Shown here piece by piece: positions 42,524 to 52,321 of a stretch of DNA of 64,000 nt. This DNA is from an uncultured candidate division Zixibacteria bacterium (lineage in GTDB: Bacteria; Zixibacteria; MSB-5A5; RBG-16-43-9). Both the position numbers and the translations under genes were made by a program. The notes below the pieces were generated by a model that did not search any database, was not told the DNA's origin, and worked only from the letters and a program-made list of their open reading frames with translations. The stretch's first letter is position 1, and every line of letters begins with the position of its first letter. The DNA lies in the NCBI GenBank assembly GCA_963713865.1, contig OY970208.1:608001-672000 (forward strand). Direction: 5' to 3'.

Positions 42524-43417
42524 TCACCATAACCTCTGCCTTTTATTCAGATAAGAAAACAAAGCTCTATCAAAAGGGACTGAGGTGTCTAATAAAACAT
42601 AATCGATCAAACTCTCCCGGCATTCTAAGGTATATCTATTCAAAAGCCCCTTCAATCTATCCTGATACTCCTTTCTTATCTGCCAGGGTGAAGTCCAGAT
42701 CTCCTCTTTTGTTTCTAAATCCTTAAAAACCGCTTCATTATCAAAAGCAAAGCTCTGCTCCTTTGGGTCTAATATATGAAAAACAATCACCTCGTGCTTT
42801 TTATGTCTGAAATGCTTTAACCCGGTGATTATCTCCTCTGGTTGGTCAAAAAGGTCAGAGAGTAATATAATCAAACCTCTTCTTTTTATCCTCTCTGCCA
42901 TCTGGTGTAAGGTAGAGCTAATATTCGTAGTCTCAGAGGGTGAAAGCTTATCTAATTCTCTTAAGAGATTATGTAGATGACTCAGGGTTGACTTAGGAGG
43001 GATATACTTTTTAATCTTCTGGTCAAATATCACCAGTCCAACTGAATCCCTCTGCTTGAGCATTAAATAGGAGAGAGCTGCACAAAGATAGGATCCGTAT
43101 TCCAATTTGTTTATTCCGTTAGAGGAATATCCCATAGAGCCGGAAATATCTAAAAGCAGATAAGCTTTTAAATTTGTCTCCTCCTCAAATTCCTTGACAA
43201 AATATCTATCTGTCTTTCCATAGACTTTCCAGTCGATATTCCTCAAAGGGTCACCCGGCATATACTGCCGGTGCTCGGCAAACTCCACTGAAAAGCCATG
43301 ATAAGGGCTCCGATGCAATCCCGCGATAAACCCTTCCACCACCAGCCTTGCCTTAATCTCCATCCCGGAAAGCTTGGATACAACCTCCGGCTTTAAAAAA
43401 CGTCGATGATCTTGCAT
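42524..43417 (-). CDS. DUF58 domain protein
   Basis: GLHRSPYHGFSVEFAEHRQY.PGD…IDWK. Confidence 0.92.
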   Translation of the reverse strand: MQDHRRFLKPEVVSKLSGMEIKARLVVEGFIAGLHRSPYHGFSVEFAEHRQYMPGDPLRNIDWKVYGKTDRYFVKEFEEETNLKAYLLLDISGSMGYSSNGINKLEYGSYLCAALSYLMLKQRDSVGLVIFDQKIKKYIPPKSTLSHLHNLLRELDKLSPSETTNISSTLHQMAERIKRRGLIILLSDLFDQPEEIITGLKHFRHKKHEVIVFHILDPKEQSFAFDNEAVFKDLETKEEIWTSPWQIRKEYQDRLKGLLNRYTLECRESLIDYVLLDTSVPFDRALFSYLNKRQRLW

Positions 43418-43681
43418 CTATTTCCTTTTTACTTTTGCGTGCTAAATAGTAATATTTCCCCTTCTTAATTCCTCCGCTATATCTTTTTTAATTTTATTTT
43501 TTGCCATTGAACTTTTAAACCTTTGAACATTTGAACTTTTTTTGTGGAGGTCTGAAGACCTCCGCTACGTTTATTCAACTGTTCTGGTGGCTCAGGCATC
43601 CCTGCCTGAGCTTGAAGAACAGGCAGGATGCCTGTTCTACCTTCTTTTATTGCTCCTTGCTACATGCTACCAGCTACAAGC

Positions 43682-44089
43682 TTAAAAAGAAAACCTTATC
43701 CCAAACTGGTTAACCGGTTTATCCACAAAGGTTCCAATTATCCTCTGATAGTTAAGGCTGAATTTTGGAACAATATCCTTAAGTAACCCGAATTCAAAAT
43801 AATGACAGGTTTTCCCCTTTTCCTGCAAACTCCGGTCTATATCACCGGTTACCTCAAGGGTAAACCAGGTACCCAACTTAAAGCTATTAATCATAACTAG
43901 TTGCAAAGTCTGACCAGCATCTTTCCAATCATCATAAGAGTTCTGATATAGTGAGATATTGTTAGAAAGCGGTTTTAAGCCAAAAGTCTGACCAGAACAA
44001 AAAGCTGGTAGAAAAACCAGATTTAAGAAAAGAATTAAAAAAAACTTTTTTCTCACTCCTCCCTCCTTTAAGATACTGTAGAGGCGCAT
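43682..44089 (-). CDS. Small secreted/outer-membrane beta-rich hypothetical protein
   Basis: Signal-like segment and C-terminal GIRFSF. Confidence 0.6.
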   Translation of the reverse strand: MRLYSILKEGGVRKKFFLILFLNLVFLPAFCSGQTFGLKPLSNNISLYQNSYDDWKDAGQTLQLVMINSFKLGTWFTLEVTGDIDRSLQEKGKTCHYFEFGLLKDIVPKFSLNYQRIIGTFVDKPVNQFGIRFSF

Positions 44090-44126
44090 AGCTATGCGTC
44101 TCTATCTTTTATAAATAACCCTAAAG

Positions 44127-44275
44127 GGAGTGTTGAAAAACCGGAACTAATACAGTGTCATTCTGAGTCCGCCATAAGCGGACGAAGAATCTATTCATGG
44201 ATCAAGGAGATTCTTCAGTCGTCCGCCTTTGGCGAGACTCCCTCAGAATGACAGGATGGACTTTTTCAACATACC
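44127..44275. mobile_element. 149-bp MITE-like element with terminal inverted repeats and target duplication
   Basis: GGAGTGTTGAAAAA … TTTTTCAACATACC (12/14 inverted match), flanked by TAAAG on both sides. Internal GTCATTCTGAG…CTCAGAATGAC palindrome. Confidence 0.7.
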
Positions 44276-44300
44276 TAAAGGTTCACACTCCAAAATCCTT

Positions 44301-45329
44301 TCAACCTGACTCCTTTACATCCTCTAACAACTTCTGAATAATCTCAAATGTCCCTACCCCATCTGCCTCAGCATTAAAGCTGGTAACAATCCTGTGTCGC
44401 AAAACCGGCAGGGCAACAGCTCTTACATCCTCGCAGGAAGGGGTATATCGGCCATCTAAAATAGCTTTAGTCTTTGCTCCCAAGACCATATATTGGGATG
44501 CCCTTGGACCTGCTCCCCAGGTAACCCAGTTTTTTATATATTCTAATGGCTTGTCTACCTCAGGCGGATCATTTAAAAGTGGGCGGGTATACCGGGCAAG
44601 TTTTACTGCATAATTTATCACATGGTCTGATACAGGTACTTTTCTGGCAAGTTTTTGCAATCTAACGATCTCTTCAGCTCCCATAACCTTATCCAGGTTC
44701 CAGGAGTAAGCCGAGGTAGTAGACTTGACTATAAGATTTTCTTCGTCTGTTGATGGATAGTTTATATAGATATTGAACATAAACCGGTCTAACTGTGCTT
44801 CAGGTAAAGGATAGGTTCCCTCCTGTTCAATCGGATTCTGGGTGGCTAAGACAAAAAAAGGTTCCGTGAGCTTGTAGGTTTGTCCACCAGCAGTTACCTC
44901 ATGCTCCTGCATCGCCTGAAGCAAAGCTGACTGGGTCTTGGGAGGGGTCCTGTTGATCTCGTCAGCCAGTATTATATTGGCAAAAATTGGCCCCTGGATG
45001 AATTTAAAAGCCCTTTCCCCAGTGGTTATATTCTCCTGAATTATTTCCGTCCCGGTAATATCTGAGGGCATCAAATCCGGAGTGAATTGGATTCTGCTGA
45101 ATTTCAAATCTAAAATCCTTGAGATTGTGCTGATTAGAAGGGTTTTGGCTAACCCCGGAACTCCGATTAAAAGGCAGTGTCCATTGGATAATAAAGCAAT
45201 CAATAACTCATCAATAACCTTATCCTGACCGATAATAACCTTCCTGATCTCCTTTTTTATCCTGTCCCTGGCATCTCTTAATTTCTCAACTGCTAAAAGG
45301 TCATCACCCACTGGCTTTTCATTAGACAT
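44301..45329 (-). CDS. MoxR family AAA+ ATPase
   Basis: GVPGLAKT, RIQFTPDLMPSD, DEINR and TQNPIEQEGTYPLPEAQLDRF. Confidence 0.95.
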   Translation of the reverse strand: MSNEKPVGDDLLAVEKLRDARDRIKKEIRKVIIGQDKVIDELLIALLSNGHCLLIGVPGLAKTLLISTISRILDLKFSRIQFTPDLMPSDITGTEIIQENITTGERAFKFIQGPIFANIILADEINRTPPKTQSALLQAMQEHEVTAGGQTYKLTEPFFVLATQNPIEQEGTYPLPEAQLDRFMFNIYINYPSTDEENLIVKSTTSAYSWNLDKVMGAEEIVRLQKLARKVPVSDHVINYAVKLARYTRPLLNDPPEVDKPLEYIKNWVTWGAGPRASQYMVLGAKTKAILDGRYTPSCEDVRAVALPVLRHRIVTSFNAEADGVGTFEIIQKLLEDVKESG

Positions 45330-45724
45330 TAAACCTCCAGGTTTTTCGTTACCGTAACGTCCTCACTCCTATTCTCCCCTCCCTTGACGACCGATTAAAG
45401 CTTTACGGTCCTACGGGCTACGCCCCCGCCTGTCGGCGGGAGGCTACGCTCCTCGTAGAGGAGGGGTTAAGGGGGAGGGTGACCCCTCTCCCTACCCTCT
45501 CCCACAGGGGGAGAGGGAATTATAATCGTTGTCACTGGAGTGGCAACGCTATCTTCTCCCTCGTTTTATATTAATACGCAAAGAAGATAGAGTCAATTTA
45601 ATTCTGGATGGAAAAAGAAAAATAGAAGATGAAAAATAACGCTCTTTGTGGGTGTCCTCACCAAAGACCAGCAGAAAGTTCGGAGTGCATCGTCCGTGAC
45701 GACGCACTTCAAATCACCCAATAC

Positions 45725-46381
45725 TCACTCCACTACTATCTTTTTATCTCTTATATAAACTTTCTTTGTTTCCCCTGGCTTCAAAATAAAAGTATCAGAT
45801 TCAAGCTTCTCAGGTTTAACAAATAAGAGAATCTTTTTCCATTGGTAAATCTTGTTCCAGATCTCTGTTTGTCCCCCGGAAAGCGTATAAGCCTTCAAAT
45901 CCTTTTGTAAGGTATCAGAAAATTCCTCTAACCGTGTTAGTTTATATCCATCTCTGAATCCAAAAAAGCTTAAGGAGTTATCCCAGTTTAAAACCTCTGC
46001 TTGGAGCTTGAGTTTTCTATTCCCTGATATCTCAAATGTTTCTTCATAGGTTTTTCTCTCTTTACCTGCAGAGTAAAGATATAAAGTCAAATAAGAATCA
46101 CCAGCCGGTTCTGTTTTAATTTCTCCGACAAATTTTTCAGAAACCAAAGAATCATAAGGACGCAGATAATTCTGCATCTGAAAAAATAACCAGGCAAAAA
46201 AGATAAACAGGATTGAGAAAAAGAAAATTATAAATCTGATTAGAGCTCCATAACCTCTTTTCTCAGACTCGTCTTGAGCATAGCGAGCTCTGGCTAATAT
46301 CCAGAAAAAGAGTATAAAAAGTAAAACCAAACCCAAGCCAAGAAAAATCCCCCCAAAAATTGCAATTTTTGTTTCAGGCAT
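45725..46381 (-). CDS. Hypothetical membrane protein
   Basis: Two N-terminal TM helices and RBS GGAGAGG. Confidence 0.7.
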   Translation of the reverse strand: MPETKIAIFGGIFLGLGLVLLFILFFWILARARYAQDESEKRGYGALIRFIIFFFSILFIFFAWLFFQMQNYLRPYDSLVSEKFVGEIKTEPAGDSYLTLYLYSAGKERKTYEETFEISGNRKLKLQAEVLNWDNSLSFFGFRDGYKLTRLEEFSDTLQKDLKAYTLSGGQTEIWNKIYQWKKILLFVKPEKLESDTFILKPGETKKVYIRDKKIVVE

Positions 46382-46495
46382 AATTCCCCCTCTCCGGGTT
46401 TTATGTCCTATAAACCGAAACTCAGATGATGATTTAAACCATTTATTTTACTCTTTAAGTTAACCCTAAAAAGAGTCAACATTTAACAAAATGGA

Positions 46496-46594
46496 TGTGG
46501 ATAAATATCTTTTCGAACCCGCATTCTTTTATGATAACCCTTTATATTATAATAATTTAACATGCTATCCACATATCCTCTTTTTTTATCCACA
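46496..46594. promoter_or_regulatory. DnaA-box cluster, candidate oriC
   Basis: TGTGGATAA 46496-46504, CTATCCACA 46565-46573 and TTATCCACA 46586-46594, around AT-rich TTTATATTATAATAATTTAA. Confidence 0.55.
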
Positions 46595-46609
46595 TTTTGA
46601 AAAAAATTC

Positions 46610-47425
46610 CTAATTTATATATTCATCTGGAACCAAAGGTATATCATCTTTTCTTATTTCATAATGCAAATGGGGAGTAGGTCTTCCGGTTCTCCCGGAA
46701 AGGGCAACTACCTCACCCCTTTTAACCCTGTCACCTTGTTTAACGAAGATTTCCGAACAGCTGCAATAATAAGTTTTGTATCCATTTTCGTGATTTATGA
46801 TAATCAGGTTTCCATATTTTCTATCCTTACCCACAAAATCTATCAAACCATCTGCAGTTGCTTTGATTTCAGTTCCAATCCTTGCAGAGATATCGATTCC
46901 CGAATGCTCTTTTTTTGTTCCGGAATTCAGAGAATAATTTTTAATTATTTTCCCCTGAAGGGGTAATCCGGATGGAATGGTGGAAAAGATCGGTATTTTC
47001 TGGGTTTTCAACTGAGAAACTGTATCCTTAATATTTAATAGAGAAAGCTTTTCCGTTCTAATATTCTTAATAGAATCCTTATCTACCGGGAATTTCACAC
47101 CAGCTATCTGGGCTACCTGATGAGCAAATATACGATATTCCCTTAGCTCCTGTTCCAACTCTTTCACTTTAGAGTTGTACATCTTCAGCTGCTGGTTCTC
47201 CTTTGAAAGAGCTTGATTTAATACCAATTGAGAATTAAGTTTACCATAAGAAAAAATTAGAAAAACGAAAAAAGCCAAAAGAAGAAAGAGTATACCCATT
47301 AAAAGAACAACAATATTAATAGATAATTTGAAATTTAATCCTTTTCCCTGGTCCGGCTCTACAGGTCCGTTCCCGGATGAAATTGAAAATTTTAGGTGAT
47401 GGATTTTCTTAATATTTATCTTCAT
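46610..47425 (-). CDS. M23 family metallopeptidase
   Basis: TM plus coiled coil, HSGID and PHLHYE. Confidence 0.88.
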   Translation of the reverse strand: MKINIKKIHHLKFSISSGNGPVEPDQGKGLNFKLSINIVVLLMGILFLLLAFFVFLIFSYGKLNSQLVLNQALSKENQQLKMYNSKVKELEQELREYRIFAHQVAQIAGVKFPVDKDSIKNIRTEKLSLLNIKDTVSQLKTQKIPIFSTIPSGLPLQGKIIKNYSLNSGTKKEHSGIDISARIGTEIKATADGLIDFVGKDRKYGNLIIINHENGYKTYYCSCSEIFVKQGDRVKRGEVVALSGRTGRPTPHLHYEIRKDDIPLVPDEYIN

Positions 47426-47619
47426 CTTTCCCTTCCTTGATGGCCGATAAAAGCTTTACGGTGGCTACGCCCTTTGCTCCTCGTAGAGGAGGGATATAAG
47501 GGAGGGTGAAAGTATTTTTATTCCCCCTTCTCCCTAATCCTATCCCACGAGGGGAGAGGGAATAAACTTTCTTGGAACGGGCACCCTTGCCTGTCTAATT
47601 GTTCCACTTATTAGAGTTC

Positions 47620-48492
47620 TTACAGAGTTATCTTAATCAACTCTAAGATTCTGTTCAAATCTTCATCCGAATAAAATTCAATTAAAATTTTTCCTCTCTT
47701 CCTACCTTTTACTATTTTAACTGAGGTCCCAAAATATTGTTTAAGTTTATCTTCGATTAATTGCAGCTGAGGATAAACTCTTTTCAATCTTCTTGCTTTG
47801 AGTCTCTTTGTACCATAAATCCTTTCCTCAACTTCTCTAACTGATAACCCCTTCGCTATAATCTCTTTTGCGAATTCTATCCTTTGACTTTCAGAATCTA
47901 AACTTAGAAGAGCTCTGGCATGACCCTCTGAAAGTCTGCCTGAGACTATATGTCCCTGAATCTCAACCGACAAATTTAAAAGTCTCAAAATATTAGAAAT
48001 AGTAGTCCGATCCTTCCCAACTTTTTTTGAAATATCCTCCTGGGAAACACCGAATTCTTCAATTAATTTTTTATAACCTCTACCCTGATCAATCGGATTT
48101 AAGTCTTCTCTCTGAATATTTTCAATAATTGATAGCTCTAACAAACCCTCTTTTGACAGATTTTCTGTCAAAATGGCTGGAATTATTGACAAGCCAAGCT
48201 TTTTTACTGCAACAAGTCTTCTTTCTCCTGCAACTAATTCATATCCATCATCTATCTTTCTTACTATTATCGGCTGAATAACCCCCTTTTCTTTTATCGA
48301 ATTTGCTAACTCATTTAACTTTTCAGGATCAAAACTACCTCTTGGTTGATATGGGTTAGGTTTGATCTCTTCAACTTCCAATTCTAGAACTCTTCTTTTC
48401 TCTTTTCCTATAGATTTTTCTTCAGACTTGATTTCCTGAGGTAGATCAGGAATCAAGGCTTTTATCCCTTTACCTAAAGCTACTCTGGTCAT
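47620..48492 (-). CDS. parB: Chromosome partitioning protein ParB/Spo0J
   Basis: LGKGIKAL, NPYQPR, AGERR and ENIQREDLNP. Confidence 0.95.
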   Translation of the reverse strand: MTRVALGKGIKALIPDLPQEIKSEEKSIGKEKRRVLELEVEEIKPNPYQPRGSFDPEKLNELANSIKEKGVIQPIIVRKIDDGYELVAGERRLVAVKKLGLSIIPAILTENLSKEGLLELSIIENIQREDLNPIDQGRGYKKLIEEFGVSQEDISKKVGKDRTTISNILRLLNLSVEIQGHIVSGRLSEGHARALLSLDSESQRIEFAKEIIAKGLSVREVEERIYGTKRLKARRLKRVYPQLQLIEDKLKQYFGTSVKIVKGRKRGKILIEFYSDEDLNRILELIKITL

Positions 48493-49249
48493 GGTCTAAG
48501 ATCTCCTTAGCTAAATTTATATAGTTCTCTGCCCCGGTGGAGGTGATATCATAAAGTATAATCGGTTTTCCAAAACTTGGCGATTCAGAAATTCTGACAT
48601 TTCGGTGAATAACTGTATTATAAACTTTTAGACCGAAAAACTTTTTTGCCTCATCTGCCACCTGTTTAGACAGATTTAACCTTGTATCATACATAGTTAA
48701 CAGAACCCCTTCGATCTCTAAGTTTGGATTCAGACTTTTCTGCACTAAATTTATAGTATTTAATAACTGGCCCAATCCTTCCAATCCGTAATATTCACAT
48801 TGTATCGGTATAAGAACAGAATCAGATGCAGTCAGGGTATTGATAGTTAGAAGCCCTAAGGAAGGAGGTGTATCTATCAGGATAAAATTATATTCATCTT
48901 TGATGGGTATCAAAGCTGAAGTCAACTTTTTTTCTCTATTTTCTAAATTCACTAACTCAATCTCAGACCCAACCAATCTCAAAGAGGATGGAGCAATCTC
49001 TAAAAAAGGGATTGTAGTCGGAAGGATTACCTCTTTAATCGGGACTCCATCAATCAAGACTTCGTAAATTGTTTTCTCTAATTTATTTTTATCAATCCCC
49101 ATACCGGAAGTTGTATTTGCTTGAGGGTCTAAATCAATCAACAGAACTTTTTTTTCAGCCATAGCTAAGCAGGCAGAAAGATTTACTGCAGTTGTGGTTT
49201 TACCCACTCCCCCTTTTTGATTGGCAATTGCAATTACCTTCCCCATCAC
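48470..49249 (-). CDS. parA: Chromosome partitioning ATPase ParA/Soj
   Basis: NQKGGVGKTT, DLDPQAN and DTPPSLG. Confidence 0.95.
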   Translation of the reverse strand: MMGKVIAIANQKGGVGKTTTAVNLSACLAMAEKKVLLIDLDPQANTTSGMGIDKNKLEKTIYEVLIDGVPIKEVILPTTIPFLEIAPSSLRLVGSEIELVNLENREKKLTSALIPIKDEYNFILIDTPPSLGLLTINTLTASDSVLIPIQCEYYGLEGLGQLLNTINLVQKSLNPNLEIEGVLLTMYDTRLNLSKQVADEAKKFFGLKVYNTVIHRNVRISESPSFGKPIILYDITSTGAENYINLAKEILDHDQSSFR

Positions 49250-49332
49250 ATAAATCCTTTTTTCATAAAATCAACTCCTTATGATTTTTGTATTTATAAG
49301 AGAGAAAAGAGAAAAAATCAAGAGATTTTTTC

Positions 49333-49370
49333 AAAAAAAGAAGGCCCCGATAAATCGGAGCTCTTTTTTT
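49333..49370 (-). terminator. Hairpin with U-tract downstream of 49395-52305
   Basis: Minus strand GAGCTCCGATTTATCGGGGCCTTCTTTTTTT. Confidence 0.55.
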
Positions 49371-49394
49371 ATAGGAAATGAAGGAAAAGTAATA

Positions 49395-52305
49395 CTATTT
49401 CAGCAAGCTCATCTTGGCAGTCTTGGTAAAAGTTCCAGTCTGCATCCGGTAGAAATATATACCAGAGGCAACCTCTTCACCCCGATCGTTTGTGCCATCC
49501 CAGAAGATAGTATAATACGCAGGAGATTGAGTCTCATCCACTAAAACTCTGATTTTCTGACCCAGAAGATTATAGACCACTAACTTTACCTGGCTTTCCT
49601 CAGCCAGAGCATATTTTATGATTGTTCCGAAATTGAAAGGATTAGGATAATTCTGAAAAAGCTCAAATTTCTCTGGAACAACTGATGAGGCAGTTATCTT
49701 TCGTTGCTCAGGGTCTTCTGGAAAACAGTTATTTGTAGTTCCTGAGACTATACTCACTGTATTGGAAGGATTACTCAAATCACTCGCATAATCAATAGCA
49801 TAAACTTTAAAGTTGTAACTTTTTCCAAGCTCCGGCACGCAGAAAATCGTGCTTGTAGAGGTCGCTGGCACTGTCTGAGATTGAGTCCAACTTCCCCGGA
49901 TTGCTGTAACCTTATACTGGGTCAAAGTGCCGGCTTTCTGATTTAAAGGTGGTTGCCAGGATAGAATAATTTCATTGGTATAGCAATAGGGACAGATTCC
50001 ATTAATACTCATTCCTCCTACTGAACCAAAGCCAGGACAGCAAATCCTGTTCAACCTGGCAGTTAAATTACGCGGTGGATTAGGAAAATTTTTAACTGTA
50101 ACCTCGTTGGAATATTCTGAGAAATATTGTTGGTCAAATGCCCGCACCCTGTAATTATAAGTCTCACTTCCAACCAAGGTTGTATCAGAATAACTCGTTA
50201 CATTGGAGTCAGTCGAGCCAATCTGAGACCAATTGGCTCCATCAGCTAATTTTCGCCACACTTCATAACCGGACTCATTTACATTAGGGTCAGACCAGGA
50301 GAGATTGATTCGTTGTGGAGAGCTCTGTCTACTGCCAGATAAATTGGAGGGGAGAAAGTTTGCCAGTCTGAAGAGCTTACCTTCTCCTGGGTTTAATATA
50401 GTATGAAAAATACCATATCCCGGAAAAGTATCAACCACCCCTCCTGTTAAGCAATCTATGAGATAGAAATAACGGCTTTTTTGTAAAGTAACCCTCTCAC
50501 AGGGCATCTCGAGATACCCTACCCAGCGGTTCACTAACATCAGATAATCTTCTCCCAGACTATCATCTTTAAACATCCCCACCTGAACGTAATTTGAGTA
50601 GACTGGATATTTACAGGAAAAACCACAGTTAATACACGCTACGCCTGTAACTGATCCTACAAAACTCTCGGGAGCTGCCAAGACAGAATCACCCGGACCG
50701 GCCCATTTCCATTCAAGCTTTCTCAGGACAGGTCCTAAAACATCAAGTTTCTCATTTATTTGTTTGACTGCATCAAATAAATACTCATGCGTGCCGGCAT
50801 AATATTGATTCTCAGGGTAAGGGTAAGTCTGAACTGGTATCCCGCTGGTATCTACTAAACCGCCATGGATAAGCGAATCATTTCGCCAGTAAGATGCATA
50901 TCTGAAATACCCAACTCCTTTGGCACCATAGGCTAATGCCATATATACTGTGGCTTTTAACTCATTATTATGTGGATACCTGTAAATATCAGGATATAGA
51001 GCTTCCCAGTAAGCATCAGCACCATACCACCATTCTTTACCTTTGGTTTCTGCAGCATTAGCTACTTTACTTACCCTCACAGCAAAAGAATCTAAGGTGG
51101 CTTGCCAGGCCTCGTTATTATTTTCAGGAGTCCTATCTCTTATTATTGGGTAATCGTCATAGAAAAGCTCATTGGGATAAGGATAAAGCTCATCCAAATA
51201 TCTGTAAGTATTCCGAAATATAAAATCACCTGTAGCCTGAATGCCGGGTGCATAATGTACTGAATCAAGGATTCGGTGAACTCTTTTACTACTGCGATAT
51301 TGGTCATAATCTGGTTCATCCTGTAAACACCAGCGATATAAGGATGAATCACCAAACTGCTCTTCGAGGGGCTTTATATTTGGGTCATTTATAAGTTTCC
51401 ATTGATAGACAGTATAAGTTGTATCGGGAAGGTATTTGACGTTGAATAATGAATCGTAGATATGGTCATAAACTTCAACATAATCTATGTAAAGGTCTGT
51501 CTGCTTATACCAGTAAACCTTATAGTCAAATGAATCCCGTGAGTTATATGGTGGTCTTTCGAAAGTGAGTGTGAAAGGGTAGTATTGACCAGCAAAAGAA
51601 TCATCATAGATTATAAGCCTTTCAACCAAAACCGAATCATTCCAGGTTTCCGCTATCACATCCCAGTCATAAAGATGCACCTCTAAATTTGCCACTGTAT
51701 CATTAGATGAATAGCCAGAAGGAACCTTTAATTTGAAGATGACATTGTAAACCAGAACCACTATCCCTATCCTGCTCCCGGCTGTAATCGATACCATTAG
51801 GGTCATTCCAGAGACTATCCAAAACATACCCTCGATTATCATTTGGATTGTTCTTAGAGACAAACCAGGCATACACATAGGGAATTACTGTGCTATCTAC
51901 GACTTGCTGACCATGACCAGCGTTATCATATTCCAGTTTAGTGCTCAGAAAACGGATTTGGTTCTCAGGATCTGGAGGTTGAAAGTAATCCGGTGCATTA
52001 TGTCGATCTGCCTGATACATACTGTATTGCCCCCAGGAATAGTATGCAGCATTTGCATTTATCAGGTTCAAATGGTAGTTTTGAGCTGCAGTAAAATCAT
52101 CTGTTTTAAAAGAAGTTCCGCTCTGAATCAGGGCGGTTAAACCAAGGGTATCTACTGCCTGGCAAAAGTACGGATAATAAGCGGAAGCAGTTGTACTATA
52201 AGGTGGCATATAGGCGATTCTGGGTAATTTATCCTCATAAGCAGAGACTATAATAATTGAATTTATTATAATCATTAAACCAAATAAAAGAATTTTTTTA
52301 AGCAT
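49395..52305 (-). CDS. Large secreted protein with FN3 domains and FlgD-Ig/T9SS-like C-terminal domain; apparent 1-nt frameshift at 51752-51758
   Basis: Signal peptide in 51703-52305. FN3 repeats and QNYPNPFN…SGIYFY in 49395-51878. Removing one base gives DRDSGLVYNVIF. Confidence 0.75.
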
Positions 52306-52321
52306 TTTTCACCCCAAAAAG

